The translations under genes were made by a program, and so were the position numbers. The notes under the pieces were generated by a model. It did no database searches. It was not told the origin of the DNA and saw only the letters and a program-made list of their open reading frames with translations. Below are positions 51,577-60,554 of a DNA stretch of 64,000 nt, piece by piece; position 1 is the first letter of the stretch; every line of letters begins with the position of its first letter. The DNA comes from Patescibacteria group bacterium (GTDB lineage Bacteria; Patescibacteriota; Patescibacteriia; UBA10025; JAHIVO01): NCBI GenBank assembly GCA_041650915.1, contig JBAZKE010000001.1:43694-107693 (forward strand), read 5' to 3'.

Positions 51577-51610
51577 TAACAGTTACTACCTCCTTCGCGG
51601 GCAATTTCAT

Positions 51611-52558
51611 ATGGAGGGAGGGCAGGTAATAACAAATAATTTTCATACGACTATGAATTGGAGGACAACAATAACCCTATCGGCAGCCGTGCTCGTTGCG
51701 GCATTCATCGTGCCAATAGGCGCCGATGCGCTGACGCTTCAGCCGACGTTTCAGGAAATAACCCTGACGCCCGGCAAAACGACAACGACAGCCGTTGAGC
51801 TCGAGAACGAAACGCAGGAATCTATCGAGCTCACCTCAGAGGTAGCAACATTCTCTGCAAAGGATGAGACGGGCGAACCCGAGTTCAACTTTGATGCTCC
51901 CGAGACGGGGATTGTGGCGTGGACAACTGCGGAATCGGGCCCCTTCACGCTCGAGGCAGGCGCCACGGAAACGGTGATCGTCACGTTCGAGACGCCTCTC
52001 GATGCGGAACCAGGCGGCCACTACGTTGCGGTCTTCTTCAACCAACTCCTCGAGGCTGAGGAGCCCGGGCAGGTCAATATAGAGTCGAAGCTCGGCACCC
52101 TCTTCCTTGCAACGGTGACCGGTACGTACGCAGAGAAGGGCTCAATTGCAGAATTCAAAACCGCGGGTACGGCAACGAGCTATTCCGAGGGACCGGTGGA
52201 CTTTACGTTCCGGTACCAAAATACAGGCGACGTTCACCTCAAGCCGACTGGCACTATTACCGTCAAGAATATGCTCGGGGGCACAGTCGCTACGATACCA
52301 GTCAATCGTGAGGGCGGCGCAACGCTTCCCGGCAGCATTCGGGAGTATGACGTTGCGAGCTGGGCAGACCTCGGGAACGGATTCGGCAAGTATACGGTCA
52401 CGATTGACCTCTCCGCAGGGACAGTTTCGAACAGCATGACGCTGAGCTTCTGGGTGTTCACGACGGTCGGTACGGTTATTGCCGCCGCCATCGCCCTCGT
52501 TATCATTGTGCTCATCATTGTGCTGCTCCGGGCTACGACAAAGAAGAAGCCAGATTAG
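51611..52558 (+). CDS. tail-anchored cell-surface protein, paralog A (signal peptide + beta-rich ectodomain + C-terminal TM and basic tail)
   Basis: 315-aa ORF. The start is more likely ATG 51653 (MNWRTTITLSAAVLVAAFIVPIGADA signal peptide). Paralogous to the next gene (shared ...FSAKDETGEPEFNFDA...EPGGHYVAVFF...). C-terminal hydrophobic helix then KKKPD. Confidence 0.8.
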   Translation: MEGGQVITNNFHTTMNWRTTITLSAAVLVAAFIVPIGADALTLQPTFQEITLTPGKTTTTAVELENETQESIELTSEVATFSAKDETGEPEFNFDAPETGIVAWTTAESGPFTLEAGATETVIVTFETPLDAEPGGHYVAVFFNQLLEAEEPGQVNIESKLGTLFLATVTGTYAEKGSIAEFKTAGTATSYSEGPVDFTFRYQNTGDVHLKPTGTITVKNMLGGTVATIPVNREGGATLPGSIREYDVASWADLGNGFGKYTVTIDLSAGTVSNSMTLSFWVFTTVGTVIAAAIALVIIVLIIVLLRATTKKKPD

Positions 52559-52612
52559 GCACGCATTAACAATGGCGGTCGGCAACCGTATGGTCGCCTG
52601 ATCGCCGAGCCT

Positions 52613-53608
52613 ATGAAAAAGAAGCTACTATACATACTAGCATTCACCCTCGCGGTACTGTTTACCGCCAGTACGTTTCCCGCGCAGCGTGCGGACGCAA
52701 TCACCCTCATCCCGCCGATTCTTGAATTTGGCCTCATCCCCGGCGAGCCATCGAAGATAGCGATCAAGCTCTTCAATGAATCATCAAGTACCGTAGAGCT
52801 GTATACGGAAGCGCACAACTTCAGTGCCAAGGATGATACCGGACAGCCGCAGTTTGATTTCGAGAGCGATGCGGATGGCATAAGCTCCTGGATCGACATG
52901 GAGGAGGGCCCAATCATCATCGAGCCGAACGGCCGGTATGAGGTGCCGGTGACGATCAATCCGCCGTCAGAGGCGGATCCAGGCGGGCACTACGCAGCCG
53001 TTTTTTTCTCGACGACTCCACCCGAAGAGGGCCAGGTCAGGATTGCCTCGAAAGTCGGGACGCTCATCCTGGCAAAGGTTGCCGGTGACGTAGAGGAGGA
53101 CGGTTCGATCGTAGAGTTCGACGTTGTCGACGGCAAACGGTTTTTCAATCGCCTCCCCGCTGCATTTGAAGCGCGGTTTGAAAATACCGGCAATGTGCAC
53201 CTCCGGCCGGCTGGGACGATCGTTATCGAAAATTTTTTCGGACAGCAGACCGATGAGGTCGATTTCAATCCGAGCGGCGGTGCAACGCTTCCGGATACGA
53301 CGCGCCGGTATGAAGCAATATGGGAAAAGGGGCAGGTCGGCGATACTGCAGGCAACGTGTGGACGAGTTTTTGGAAAGAATACGTAAACGAGAAGAATAA
53401 TTTTGCGATCGGCAGGTATACGGCGGCGATCTCTATTGAAGCGGGCACTGACAACGGCGTTACGGATGCCGCTTCAGTCTCGTTTTGGATCTTTCCGTGG
53501 CGTGTCGTACTCGTTTGGGCGGTAGCCGCTGCACTCGCCGTTATACTGCTCATCTACTTCCTCAGGCGCTACAACGCTTGGATCGTCAAGAAAGCCCGGG
53601 GAAAATAA
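52613..53608 (+). CDS. tail-anchored cell-surface protein, paralog B
   Basis: 331 aa. Signal peptide MKKKLLYILAFTLAVLFTASTFPAQRADA. Shares FSAKDDTGQPQFDFES...DPGGHYAAVFF with paralog A. C-terminal TM then RRYNAWIVKKARGK. Confidence 0.8.
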   Translation: MKKKLLYILAFTLAVLFTASTFPAQRADAITLIPPILEFGLIPGEPSKIAIKLFNESSSTVELYTEAHNFSAKDDTGQPQFDFESDADGISSWIDMEEGPIIIEPNGRYEVPVTINPPSEADPGGHYAAVFFSTTPPEEGQVRIASKVGTLILAKVAGDVEEDGSIVEFDVVDGKRFFNRLPAAFEARFENTGNVHLRPAGTIVIENFFGQQTDEVDFNPSGGATLPDTTRRYEAIWEKGQVGDTAGNVWTSFWKEYVNEKNNFAIGRYTAAISIEAGTDNGVTDAASVSFWIFPWRVVLVWAVAAALAVILLIYFLRRYNAWIVKKARGK

Positions 53609-53621
53609 TACCCATACGAAC

Positions 53622-54521
53622 GTGCGTCGTTTTTTGAAACTGCGGACAGTATTAATCTGGGGTATCCCGTTGATCGTGCTGATCGCGGGATATTCTGTTG
53701 TGTGCGCGCAAGTTTCACGCCAGGTTACGGTAACGGCGACTGTTCCGGAGCAGCCGCCCCTCGAGCCGCCCGATACGACCGTTCAGTTCAGCGGCATAGC
53801 GTACCCATCCTCTACGGTAACGATTACGCAGGATTCGGTGCCGATATCCATCATTACCGCCACAGCCCAGGCGGGTTTTCAGGTATCCATTATTGTCGAT
53901 CCGGGCACCCATACGTTTACAGTGTACGGCATCGACGTGGACGGGGTTCAGGGGCGCGTATCCAGCTTTACGCTGCTCCTTTCGGAGGGCAGCACGACTA
54001 CCATCAGCGGAATTTTTCTCGGCCCGACGATTACGACTGACCAGACGACCATTACTTCGGGAGAGACCGTGACGCTCTCCGGTACGACGGCACCGGACAG
54101 CGAGGTGAACGTTACCCTGACTTCGCCTGCCGTCGGTGCGGCAGCCGGAGAGGCGAAGATTGCCGTGCACATTGCGAGCGCAGACGGTAACGGCCGCTGG
54201 CTGCAGCTCTTCAATGCTGATGACCTCGTCGAGGGCAGCCACTCCGCAAAGGCGCAGGCGACCGATCCGGTTACGAGTTCGGTTTCCGAGTTTAGCAATG
54301 AGGTTGTTTTTGAGGTGGTCGCAGCTGAAGAGCCTGATGCGTGTGCCGGCATGGCCCCCGGCGATATCAACTGTGACGGTTCAGTCAACTTAGTCGACTT
54401 CAGCATCCTGCTCTTCTACTGGAACGCGGCAAATCCGGCAAATCCGAGAGCTGATATCAATAGTGACGGTACCGTCGATATAATCGACTTCAGCATTATG
54501 CTCTACTATTGGACGGGATAA
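53622..54521 (+). CDS. secreted protein with Ig-like repeats and C-terminal dockerin (two Ca-binding EF-hand-like repeats)
   Basis: 299 aa from a GTG start. Signal peptide with a ...VVCAQ site. The C-terminus has two dockerin repeats, DINCDGSVNLVDFSILLFYW and DINSDGTVDIIDFSIMLYYW, with D/N at loop positions 1, 3, 5 and 12. Confidence 0.7.
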   Translation: MRRFLKLRTVLIWGIPLIVLIAGYSVVCAQVSRQVTVTATVPEQPPLEPPDTTVQFSGIAYPSSTVTITQDSVPISIITATAQAGFQVSIIVDPGTHTFTVYGIDVDGVQGRVSSFTLLLSEGSTTTISGIFLGPTITTDQTTITSGETVTLSGTTAPDSEVNVTLTSPAVGAAAGEAKIAVHIASADGNGRWLQLFNADDLVEGSHSAKAQATDPVTSSVSEFSNEVVFEVVAAEEPDACAGMAPGDINCDGSVNLVDFSILLFYWNAANPANPRADINSDGTVDIIDFSIMLYYWTG

Positions 54522-54525
54522 AACC

Positions 54526-55668
54526 ATGCATTTTTTACGGCATACAATTTTTCTATCAGTTTCAGTGCTGCTCGGAGCGGTTCTATTCGGGCAGTCTGCT
54601 GACGCTGCCGTGATTTCGTTCGATCCGTCGGGCGGGGAGCTTTCGCTGAATGAGGAATTTCTGGTAACCCTGCACCTCAACAGCGAACAGGAGGTTATCA
54701 ATGCAGTCGACATTACGCTCACGTATCCTGCTTCCGCACTCGAGGTCATTGATGTTTCTCGGGGAGGTTCTTTCCTGACGCTGTGGGTCGAGGATCCCGT
54801 CGTCGACGATACGGCGGGTACGATAACGTTTGCGGGGGGCATTCCGAATGGCAGCCTCGTCGCGGATGGCGTTATTGCGACTGTGATTTTCAGGTCGAAT
54901 GCGCCGGGAGGGGTAGAGATCGGCGTTGATACGGAAGCGACCAAGGTTTTGCTCAACGATGGGAGGGGAACCCAAGCGGCGCTGTCGGCGGAGCCAAGCG
55001 TTTTTACCATATCGTCGTTGTCGTTTGTGGCGATTACCTCACCGACGCATCCGGATGAGAATGCCTGGTACCGCGAGAATGATTTTACTGCAGAGTGGGC
55101 AACCACTGCCGGCGCTGAATACAGCTATACGGTGAGCGCCCGATCCGATACGGTGCCCGATGACAGCAGGGACATTACCGACGGCAGCGCTACCTTTTTC
55201 AGTTTGCCCGACGGCATCCACTATTTTATTCTGAAGGAGCGGCTTCCCCACAAGGATTGGCGCATCATCGGCAAGCGGCGCGTCATGGTTGATTCGACTC
55301 CGCCGCTGCCGTTCACCGCGGAAATCGTAAAGGAGCGCACGCTGTACGGCGGCAAGTCGATCGTCACCTTCACTGCCCAGGACTTCACATCCGGCATCGC
55401 ACGGTATGATATTGCTGAGAATGATGCGATAACGCAGGACGTAACCTCGCCGTACATACTCAAGGACCAGTCACTCAGCCAGGCGGTTATCCTCTGGGCC
55501 GTTGACCGCGCGGGCAATACAACAGAGTTCTCATTTGGCGGGCACGGCAGCACGCCGGGGGGAAGCTCTGGCGATCCTATTGATATTCTCGTATACGTAT
55601 TTGCCGGCTGCATGTTTCTGCTCCTCGTGCTGGTCGCGGTACGATGGCGAATAAAAAAGAAAGCGTAA
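54526..55668 (+). CDS. cohesin-domain protein with Ig/FN3-like second domain and C-terminal TM anchor
   Basis: 380 aa. Signal peptide. N-terminal ~140-aa cohesin-like module (VINAVDITLTYPASALEVIDVSRG...GTITFAGG...DGVIATVIFRS). Middle domain paralogous to the next protein. C-terminal hydrophobic helix + RIKKKA. Confidence 0.7.
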   Translation: MHFLRHTIFLSVSVLLGAVLFGQSADAAVISFDPSGGELSLNEEFLVTLHLNSEQEVINAVDITLTYPASALEVIDVSRGGSFLTLWVEDPVVDDTAGTITFAGGIPNGSLVADGVIATVIFRSNAPGGVEIGVDTEATKVLLNDGRGTQAALSAEPSVFTISSLSFVAITSPTHPDENAWYRENDFTAEWATTAGAEYSYTVSARSDTVPDDSRDITDGSATFFSLPDGIHYFILKERLPHKDWRIIGKRRVMVDSTPPLPFTAEIVKERTLYGGKSIVTFTAQDFTSGIARYDIAENDAITQDVTSPYILKDQSLSQAVILWAVDRAGNTTEFSFGGHGSTPGGSSGDPIDILVYVFAGCMFLLLVLVAVRWRIKKKA

Positions 55669-55677
55669 CATGGCACT

Positions 55678-58188
55678 ATGGTACGACGGCTCCTCGCAAT
55701 AAGCTTCATCTCCGCTATACTGCTGGTAGCCGTACCTGCAGCCGCCGATGCAGCATCGCTCTACCTCAGCCCATCGAGCGGAACGTACACGGTCGGCGGC
55801 AGCTTTAGCGTTACCGTCGCGGTAGATACCGGCGGCGTCGCGATCAATTCGGCGCAGGCGACTGTTTCGTTCCCGAATGATATCCTCGAGATTACCAGCG
55901 TCGGGCAAGCTGGCATCTTTACGCTGTGGCCGATCAGCCCGACGTACTCGAATGCGACCGGCACCGTATCGTTCGCAGGAGGCGTTCCGAATCCGGGCTA
56001 TACGGGTTCTGGCGGCACGATTATTACGGTTACGTTTGCAACAAAGGTAGCAGGCACTGCCACCGTCACGATGGGCTCGGCGAGCATTCTCGCAAACGAC
56101 GGGCTCGGGACAAATATCCTGACCGGCGCAAGCGGCGGGACCTATACGGTCAGAGCAGCAGCCGTGGAACCAGAGCCGGAACCTGAACCAGAGCCAGATT
56201 TACAGTTCCCTGAAGCGGTGACGATCACGTCATCCTCGCATCCGGAACAGTCACTGTGGTACTCAAACCGGGATCCGCAGTTCGCGTGGAACCGCCAGGA
56301 TGGCGTTGTCGGATTCAGCTATGCGCTCGATGATCAGGATGGCGGTACGGTTGACCAAGTCCGAGATACGACCGATACGACGGGCAGCTTCGCAGGAATT
56401 GGCGACGGCATTTGGTACTTTCACGTACGTGCGCAAAATAATGACGGATGGGGCCCCGTTGCACAGTATAAAATTCTTGTCGACGGCACTCCGCCGCTCC
56501 CGTTTGAGATTGAATTGCTCGACGGCAAGCAGACGGAGGATAGGACGCCCCAGGTGAGTTTTGAAGCCACCGATGAGCATTCGGGCGTGCACCACTATGT
56601 TTTAGTCATCAATAACGAACCGCCGATCAGCATCGATGTCGGCGCCACGGCACCGTACACTTTGCCGGAACTCGCCGAAGGCAAGCACGGCATAACGGTG
56701 TACGCATACGATTTTGCGTCAAACAGTACCGCGGCATTTGCTACCTTCACGATCGGGGAGCCTCCCGGTCCGGTTGTTGTTGACGATGGCGAGGAGGAGG
56801 CGGAGACCCCCGCTGCAGTTCGGGCTATCGACGATGCGTTAAGGTCGATTGAAGAGGCGCTCCCGCAATCAGTGAAGGAGCTTATTGGCAATATTGGAGA
56901 TGTCATCGGCAATTTACGGGACAATGCTACCGTCAGTACCATCGTCAATGACTTCGTCGAACCGGCGGTTGTCACGACGGCTATCGTTACTTCTGCCGGC
57001 CTCATCGCGACCGCGTCTGCATTCCAGATTACCAATCTCGCGTACCTCTTCCTCCGGTTCAGCTACTTCTGGGTTGCTCCGGTACACCTCGGCCGGCGCC
57101 GCAGGAGGCCGTGGGGGATCGTATTCGACAGTACGACGGGAATGCCGGTCGCCCGCGCTATCGTGCGGATATTTTCCCGGGAGTTTAATAAGCTCAAGGA
57201 GAGCCAAATTACAGACGAAGAGGGCCGCTTTGGGTTTCTTATCGAGCCGGATCAGTATTACCTTGCCGTTTCCCGCTCCGGCTATATTTTTCCTTCCCAT
57301 CTCCTGCGGAGCGTGGCAATCAGCCAGTATGAGGACATATACCGGGGCGACACCATCACGGTCACCAAGCAAAATATGGGTGGTCTCTCGATCAACGTGC
57401 CGATCGATCCGAACGTACGGACTGTTTCGCAGACACGTTTGCTGTGGCTGCGGGTGATCAACTTCCTCGGCTTTATGCTGGAGAAGTTCAGCTTACCGCT
57501 GCTTATTGCCGGTACGCTGCTGAGCTGGGTCACCCTCGTGCTGGAACCGAAGACGAGCAACTATGTCATTCTCCTCCTGTACGGTATTTTTATCTTCCTC
57601 AAGTATATGGTGCAGCAGCTGCTCGAGCGCTCATGGGGTTTTGTTGAGGATGACACCACCGGCGATCCCGTCGATCTCGCCATTATCCGCATCTACAATA
57701 CGGCATCCGGCCTCCTCATCGGTACCCGGGTCACGAACCAGCGGGGACAGTTTACCGCGCTCGTGCCTCCGGGGCAGTACTACATCGTAGCCGTGAAACC
57801 GGGGTACGAGGTGTTCAGGAGCAAACCGATGATGGTATCGAAGCGCAAAGGCCTCATCAGGCTCAGGGTTAAGCTCAAGCCGCAGACGAAGAAGCCGGAC
57901 ACGACCGTGGCGCTTGAGGAGGTCGTTACGCTCGAGGCGGCTGATACGACCGTATCCGAAGCGCCTGTATCACCGAAGAAACGGGGGAAGGGGCAGCAGC
58001 CTGTACAGGCGGAGGCAGAGGAACAGCCCGCAAAACCCTCCCGGAGCATGAAGAAAGAAACGGCTGCTCGGAGGGGAGCCCAGCCGCTGAAGAAACCGAC
58101 TAAGCGCCCGCCGGCGGGCAGCCCGCCGGGCACTCCAAAAACGCCGTCGGTTGACGACCTCGGTAATTTGGATAGCCAGGGCTCTTAG
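55678..58188 (+). CDS. cohesin-domain membrane protein with two CarboxypepD_reg-like (prealbumin-fold) domains interleaved with TM helices and a Lys-rich C-terminal tail
   Basis: 836 aa. Signal peptide. Cohesin-like module (VAINSAQATVSFPNDILEITSVGQAG...GTVSFAGG). Ig-like domain paralogous to the 380-aa protein. Two repeats of W G(I/F)V(F/E)D..TG.PV..A(I)(V/I)RI(F/Y)...G.....T...G.F......Y. Several hydrophobic helices. Basic/Pro-rich tail. Confidence 0.7.
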   Translation: MVRRLLAISFISAILLVAVPAAADAASLYLSPSSGTYTVGGSFSVTVAVDTGGVAINSAQATVSFPNDILEITSVGQAGIFTLWPISPTYSNATGTVSFAGGVPNPGYTGSGGTIITVTFATKVAGTATVTMGSASILANDGLGTNILTGASGGTYTVRAAAVEPEPEPEPEPDLQFPEAVTITSSSHPEQSLWYSNRDPQFAWNRQDGVVGFSYALDDQDGGTVDQVRDTTDTTGSFAGIGDGIWYFHVRAQNNDGWGPVAQYKILVDGTPPLPFEIELLDGKQTEDRTPQVSFEATDEHSGVHHYVLVINNEPPISIDVGATAPYTLPELAEGKHGITVYAYDFASNSTAAFATFTIGEPPGPVVVDDGEEEAETPAAVRAIDDALRSIEEALPQSVKELIGNIGDVIGNLRDNATVSTIVNDFVEPAVVTTAIVTSAGLIATASAFQITNLAYLFLRFSYFWVAPVHLGRRRRRPWGIVFDSTTGMPVARAIVRIFSREFNKLKESQITDEEGRFGFLIEPDQYYLAVSRSGYIFPSHLLRSVAISQYEDIYRGDTITVTKQNMGGLSINVPIDPNVRTVSQTRLLWLRVINFLGFMLEKFSLPLLIAGTLLSWVTLVLEPKTSNYVILLLYGIFIFLKYMVQQLLERSWGFVEDDTTGDPVDLAIIRIYNTASGLLIGTRVTNQRGQFTALVPPGQYYIVAVKPGYEVFRSKPMMVSKRKGLIRLRVKLKPQTKKPDTTVALEEVVTLEAADTTVSEAPVSPKKRGKGQQPVQAEAEEQPAKPSRSMKKETAARRGAQPLKKPTKRPPAGSPPGTPKTPSVDDLGNLDSQGS

Positions 58189-59000
58189 CGCGTACGGTTC
58201 ACTGCTTCGTTTGGGATGCCGCTGATTTTTGGTTTCACCGGCTGCCCGAGCCAGCGCTCGATGAGTTGTGTGAGGTGCGGTGGAATGTCGCTGAACAGGA
58301 ACTGGTGCTGGTTGCTTCTCGTGAGTCGCGCCTCAGTGTCAGGATGCTGCCTGAGGTATTCTCGGAGGAGGAGAATGGTTTGCTCTGCCGGATCAACGAG
58401 CGTTACGCGCTTGCCGATTTTTTGCTGGATTACGTCGCGGAGGAGCGGGTAGTGCGTACAGCCGAGGATGAGCGTGTCAATCTGGTCGTTTTTCATTGGA
58501 CGGAGGTACTTCTGGGCGATGAGCTTGGCAGCGGGTTTTTTCTCCCAGCCTTCCTCGGCGAGCGGCACGAAGAGCGGGCATGCTTTGCTGACGATGGTGT
58601 AGCCGTTTTTTTTGTGCTTGATCGTATCTTCGTAGATGCGGCTCTCGATTGTAGCGCGGGTTCCGATGACGCCGATCCGCTTGTTTCTCGTAACTTCGGT
58701 GCCGCGTTTAACGGCAGGAGTGATGACTTCAAAGATCGGGATGGTAGGGTACCGCTTTTTAAGCTCGGCAGCAGCGACCGCGGAAGCGGTATTGCACGCG
58801 ACGACAACCACCGTCGCGCCGTGCTTGAGCAGCAGCTCCGTATCCTCGACTGCGTACCTGACGATGGTGTCCCTGCTCTTGTTGCCGTACGGGGTGCGTG
58901 CCGTATCGCCGAAGTATAGAATTTGGTATTCGGGGAGCAGCCTGAGCACCTCTCGGGCTACGGTCAATCCGCCGATTCCTGAATCAAAAATTCCGATCAT
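58185..59000 (-). CDS. murI: glutamate racemase
   Basis: 271 aa. MIGIFDSGIGGLTV..., a conserved Cys/Thr active-site environment (VVACNTAS, ILGCTHYPLL). Converges on the 836-aa gene with a 4-nt stop overlap. Confidence 0.9.
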   Translation of the reverse strand: MIGIFDSGIGGLTVAREVLRLLPEYQILYFGDTARTPYGNKSRDTIVRYAVEDTELLLKHGATVVVVACNTASAVAAAELKKRYPTIPIFEVITPAVKRGTEVTRNKRIGVIGTRATIESRIYEDTIKHKKNGYTIVSKACPLFVPLAEEGWEKKPAAKLIAQKYLRPMKNDQIDTLILGCTHYPLLRDVIQQKIGKRVTLVDPAEQTILLLREYLRQHPDTEARLTRSNQHQFLFSDIPPHLTQLIERWLGQPVKPKISGIPNEAVNRTR

Positions 59001-59003
59001 AGG

Positions 59004-60527
59004 TTAAACGATAATTGATGTGCCGGTCATGTCGTCCGGTTTGTCGATATGAAGCAGCTTCAGCATGCTCGGGGCGATGTCACGGAGCGAACCCGCCTCG
59101 CGGAGGGTGGCGTTCTTGTCCTGCTCATCGACGTAGATGAACGGAACGAGGTTATCCGTGTGGAACGTGTGCGGTTGCTGTGATTCCTTATCCCATACGA
59201 TTTCCGCATCGCCGTGGTCTGCGGAAATAATTGCCTGGCCGTTCATATTGAGCAATTCTTGGTATATGAGCCCAACCGCGGTGTCGACAACGCTGATGCC
59301 CTTCATGATTGCCTTCTTGTTTCCCGTGTGCCCCAGCATGTCGGGATTTGCGAAATTGATGAAGTACACGTCGAATGACTTTTGGTGGATGTGGTTTGCG
59401 ACGGCTTTTGCGATTTCCATTGCCTTCATCTCGGGCTTGAGGTCGTACGTCGCGACCTTGTCGGAGGGGATGAGCTCCCGCACCTCGCCGGGAAACGGGT
59501 CTTCTTGGAGCCCGTTGAATATTTTCGTGAGGTAAACCCACTTCTCCGTCTCGGCGCAGCGGAATTGGGTCAGGTGATTCTTGCTGAGCATCTCACCGAG
59601 CGTGTTTTTGGGGAGCTTCCGCTTGAATGCGACCGGGCAGCTGATTCCCTCGTAATAGTCGGTCATGGCGACATAGTATACCATCGGCCGTTCACCCCGG
59701 TTGAAATCTTTGAAGCCCGGCTCGATGAGCGCCTGCGTCATCTCTATTTCACGGTCAACCCGGAAGTTGAAATTGAGCACGACATCATCGTCCTTGAAGT
59801 GGCTGTCTTTGATAATGAGCGTCGGCTTGATGAATTCATCGGTCTCATCCTGCTCGTACGCCGTATTGATCGCTTCATCAATCGTTTTTGCGGTGCGGAC
59901 AGCCTTGCCATGGACGAGCATATCGTACGCCTTCTGGACGCGTTCCCAGCGGTGGTCACGGTCCATAGCCCAGTAGCGGCCTTGGATGCTCGCAATGTTG
60001 CCAACGCCGATTTTTCTGAGGCGCTCCACGTATTTCTGCACGCTCTTTGGCGGCACATCACGCCCGTCGGAGAAAATGTGCACGAAGATGCGCTCATCTG
60101 GTATACCCTGTTTTTTAGCGAGTTCGAGCAGCACGTGGCAGGACTCGTCGTAGCCGTGCACCCCTTTGTCAGACAGCAGTCCCATGATATGCAGGCGGCT
60201 GCCAGCGCGTTTGCAGTGGTCGAGTGCATCGAGGTATGCCCGGTTGTGCTTGACTTCGCCGCTCTGATTCGCCATTCTGATCTGCGTTTGGGGGAGCACG
60301 ACGTTTTGGCCCGCGCCGATGATGAGGTGGCCGATTTCAGAGGAACCCTGGTGCCCCGGTGTAAGCCCGATGTGCTCACCTGCCGCGCCGATGAGCGTGT
60401 GCGCGTACGTGCCCATGAGGTGGTCGATATTCGGCGTCGGAGCCAGGTAAATCGGGTTATGCTCGTCGTTTTCACCGACTCCCCACCCGTCCATGATGAT
60501 GAGTACGAACGGTCGTTCTATTTTCAT
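59004..60527 (-). CDS. gpmI: 2,3-bisphosphoglycerate-independent phosphoglycerate mutase
   Basis: 507 aa. ILDGWG-type N-terminus (LIIMDGWGVG), phosphoserine region (SSEIGHL), and the Mn-binding C-terminal domain (ADHGD). Confidence 0.95.
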   Translation of the reverse strand: MKIERPFVLIIMDGWGVGENDEHNPIYLAPTPNIDHLMGTYAHTLIGAAGEHIGLTPGHQGSSEIGHLIIGAGQNVVLPQTQIRMANQSGEVKHNRAYLDALDHCKRAGSRLHIMGLLSDKGVHGYDESCHVLLELAKKQGIPDERIFVHIFSDGRDVPPKSVQKYVERLRKIGVGNIASIQGRYWAMDRDHRWERVQKAYDMLVHGKAVRTAKTIDEAINTAYEQDETDEFIKPTLIIKDSHFKDDDVVLNFNFRVDREIEMTQALIEPGFKDFNRGERPMVYYVAMTDYYEGISCPVAFKRKLPKNTLGEMLSKNHLTQFRCAETEKWVYLTKIFNGLQEDPFPGEVRELIPSDKVATYDLKPEMKAMEIAKAVANHIHQKSFDVYFINFANPDMLGHTGNKKAIMKGISVVDTAVGLIYQELLNMNGQAIISADHGDAEIVWDKESQQPHTFHTDNLVPFIYVDEQDKNATLREAGSLRDIAPSMLKLLHIDKPDDMTGTSIIV

Positions 60528-60554
60528 ACGTGTTGGATTTATTGGTGTTAGCTG

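Noticed and set aside
59382-60551. 389-aa + strand ORF
   Set aside because: Antisense to the unmistakable gpmI (iPGM) gene. No domain signal.
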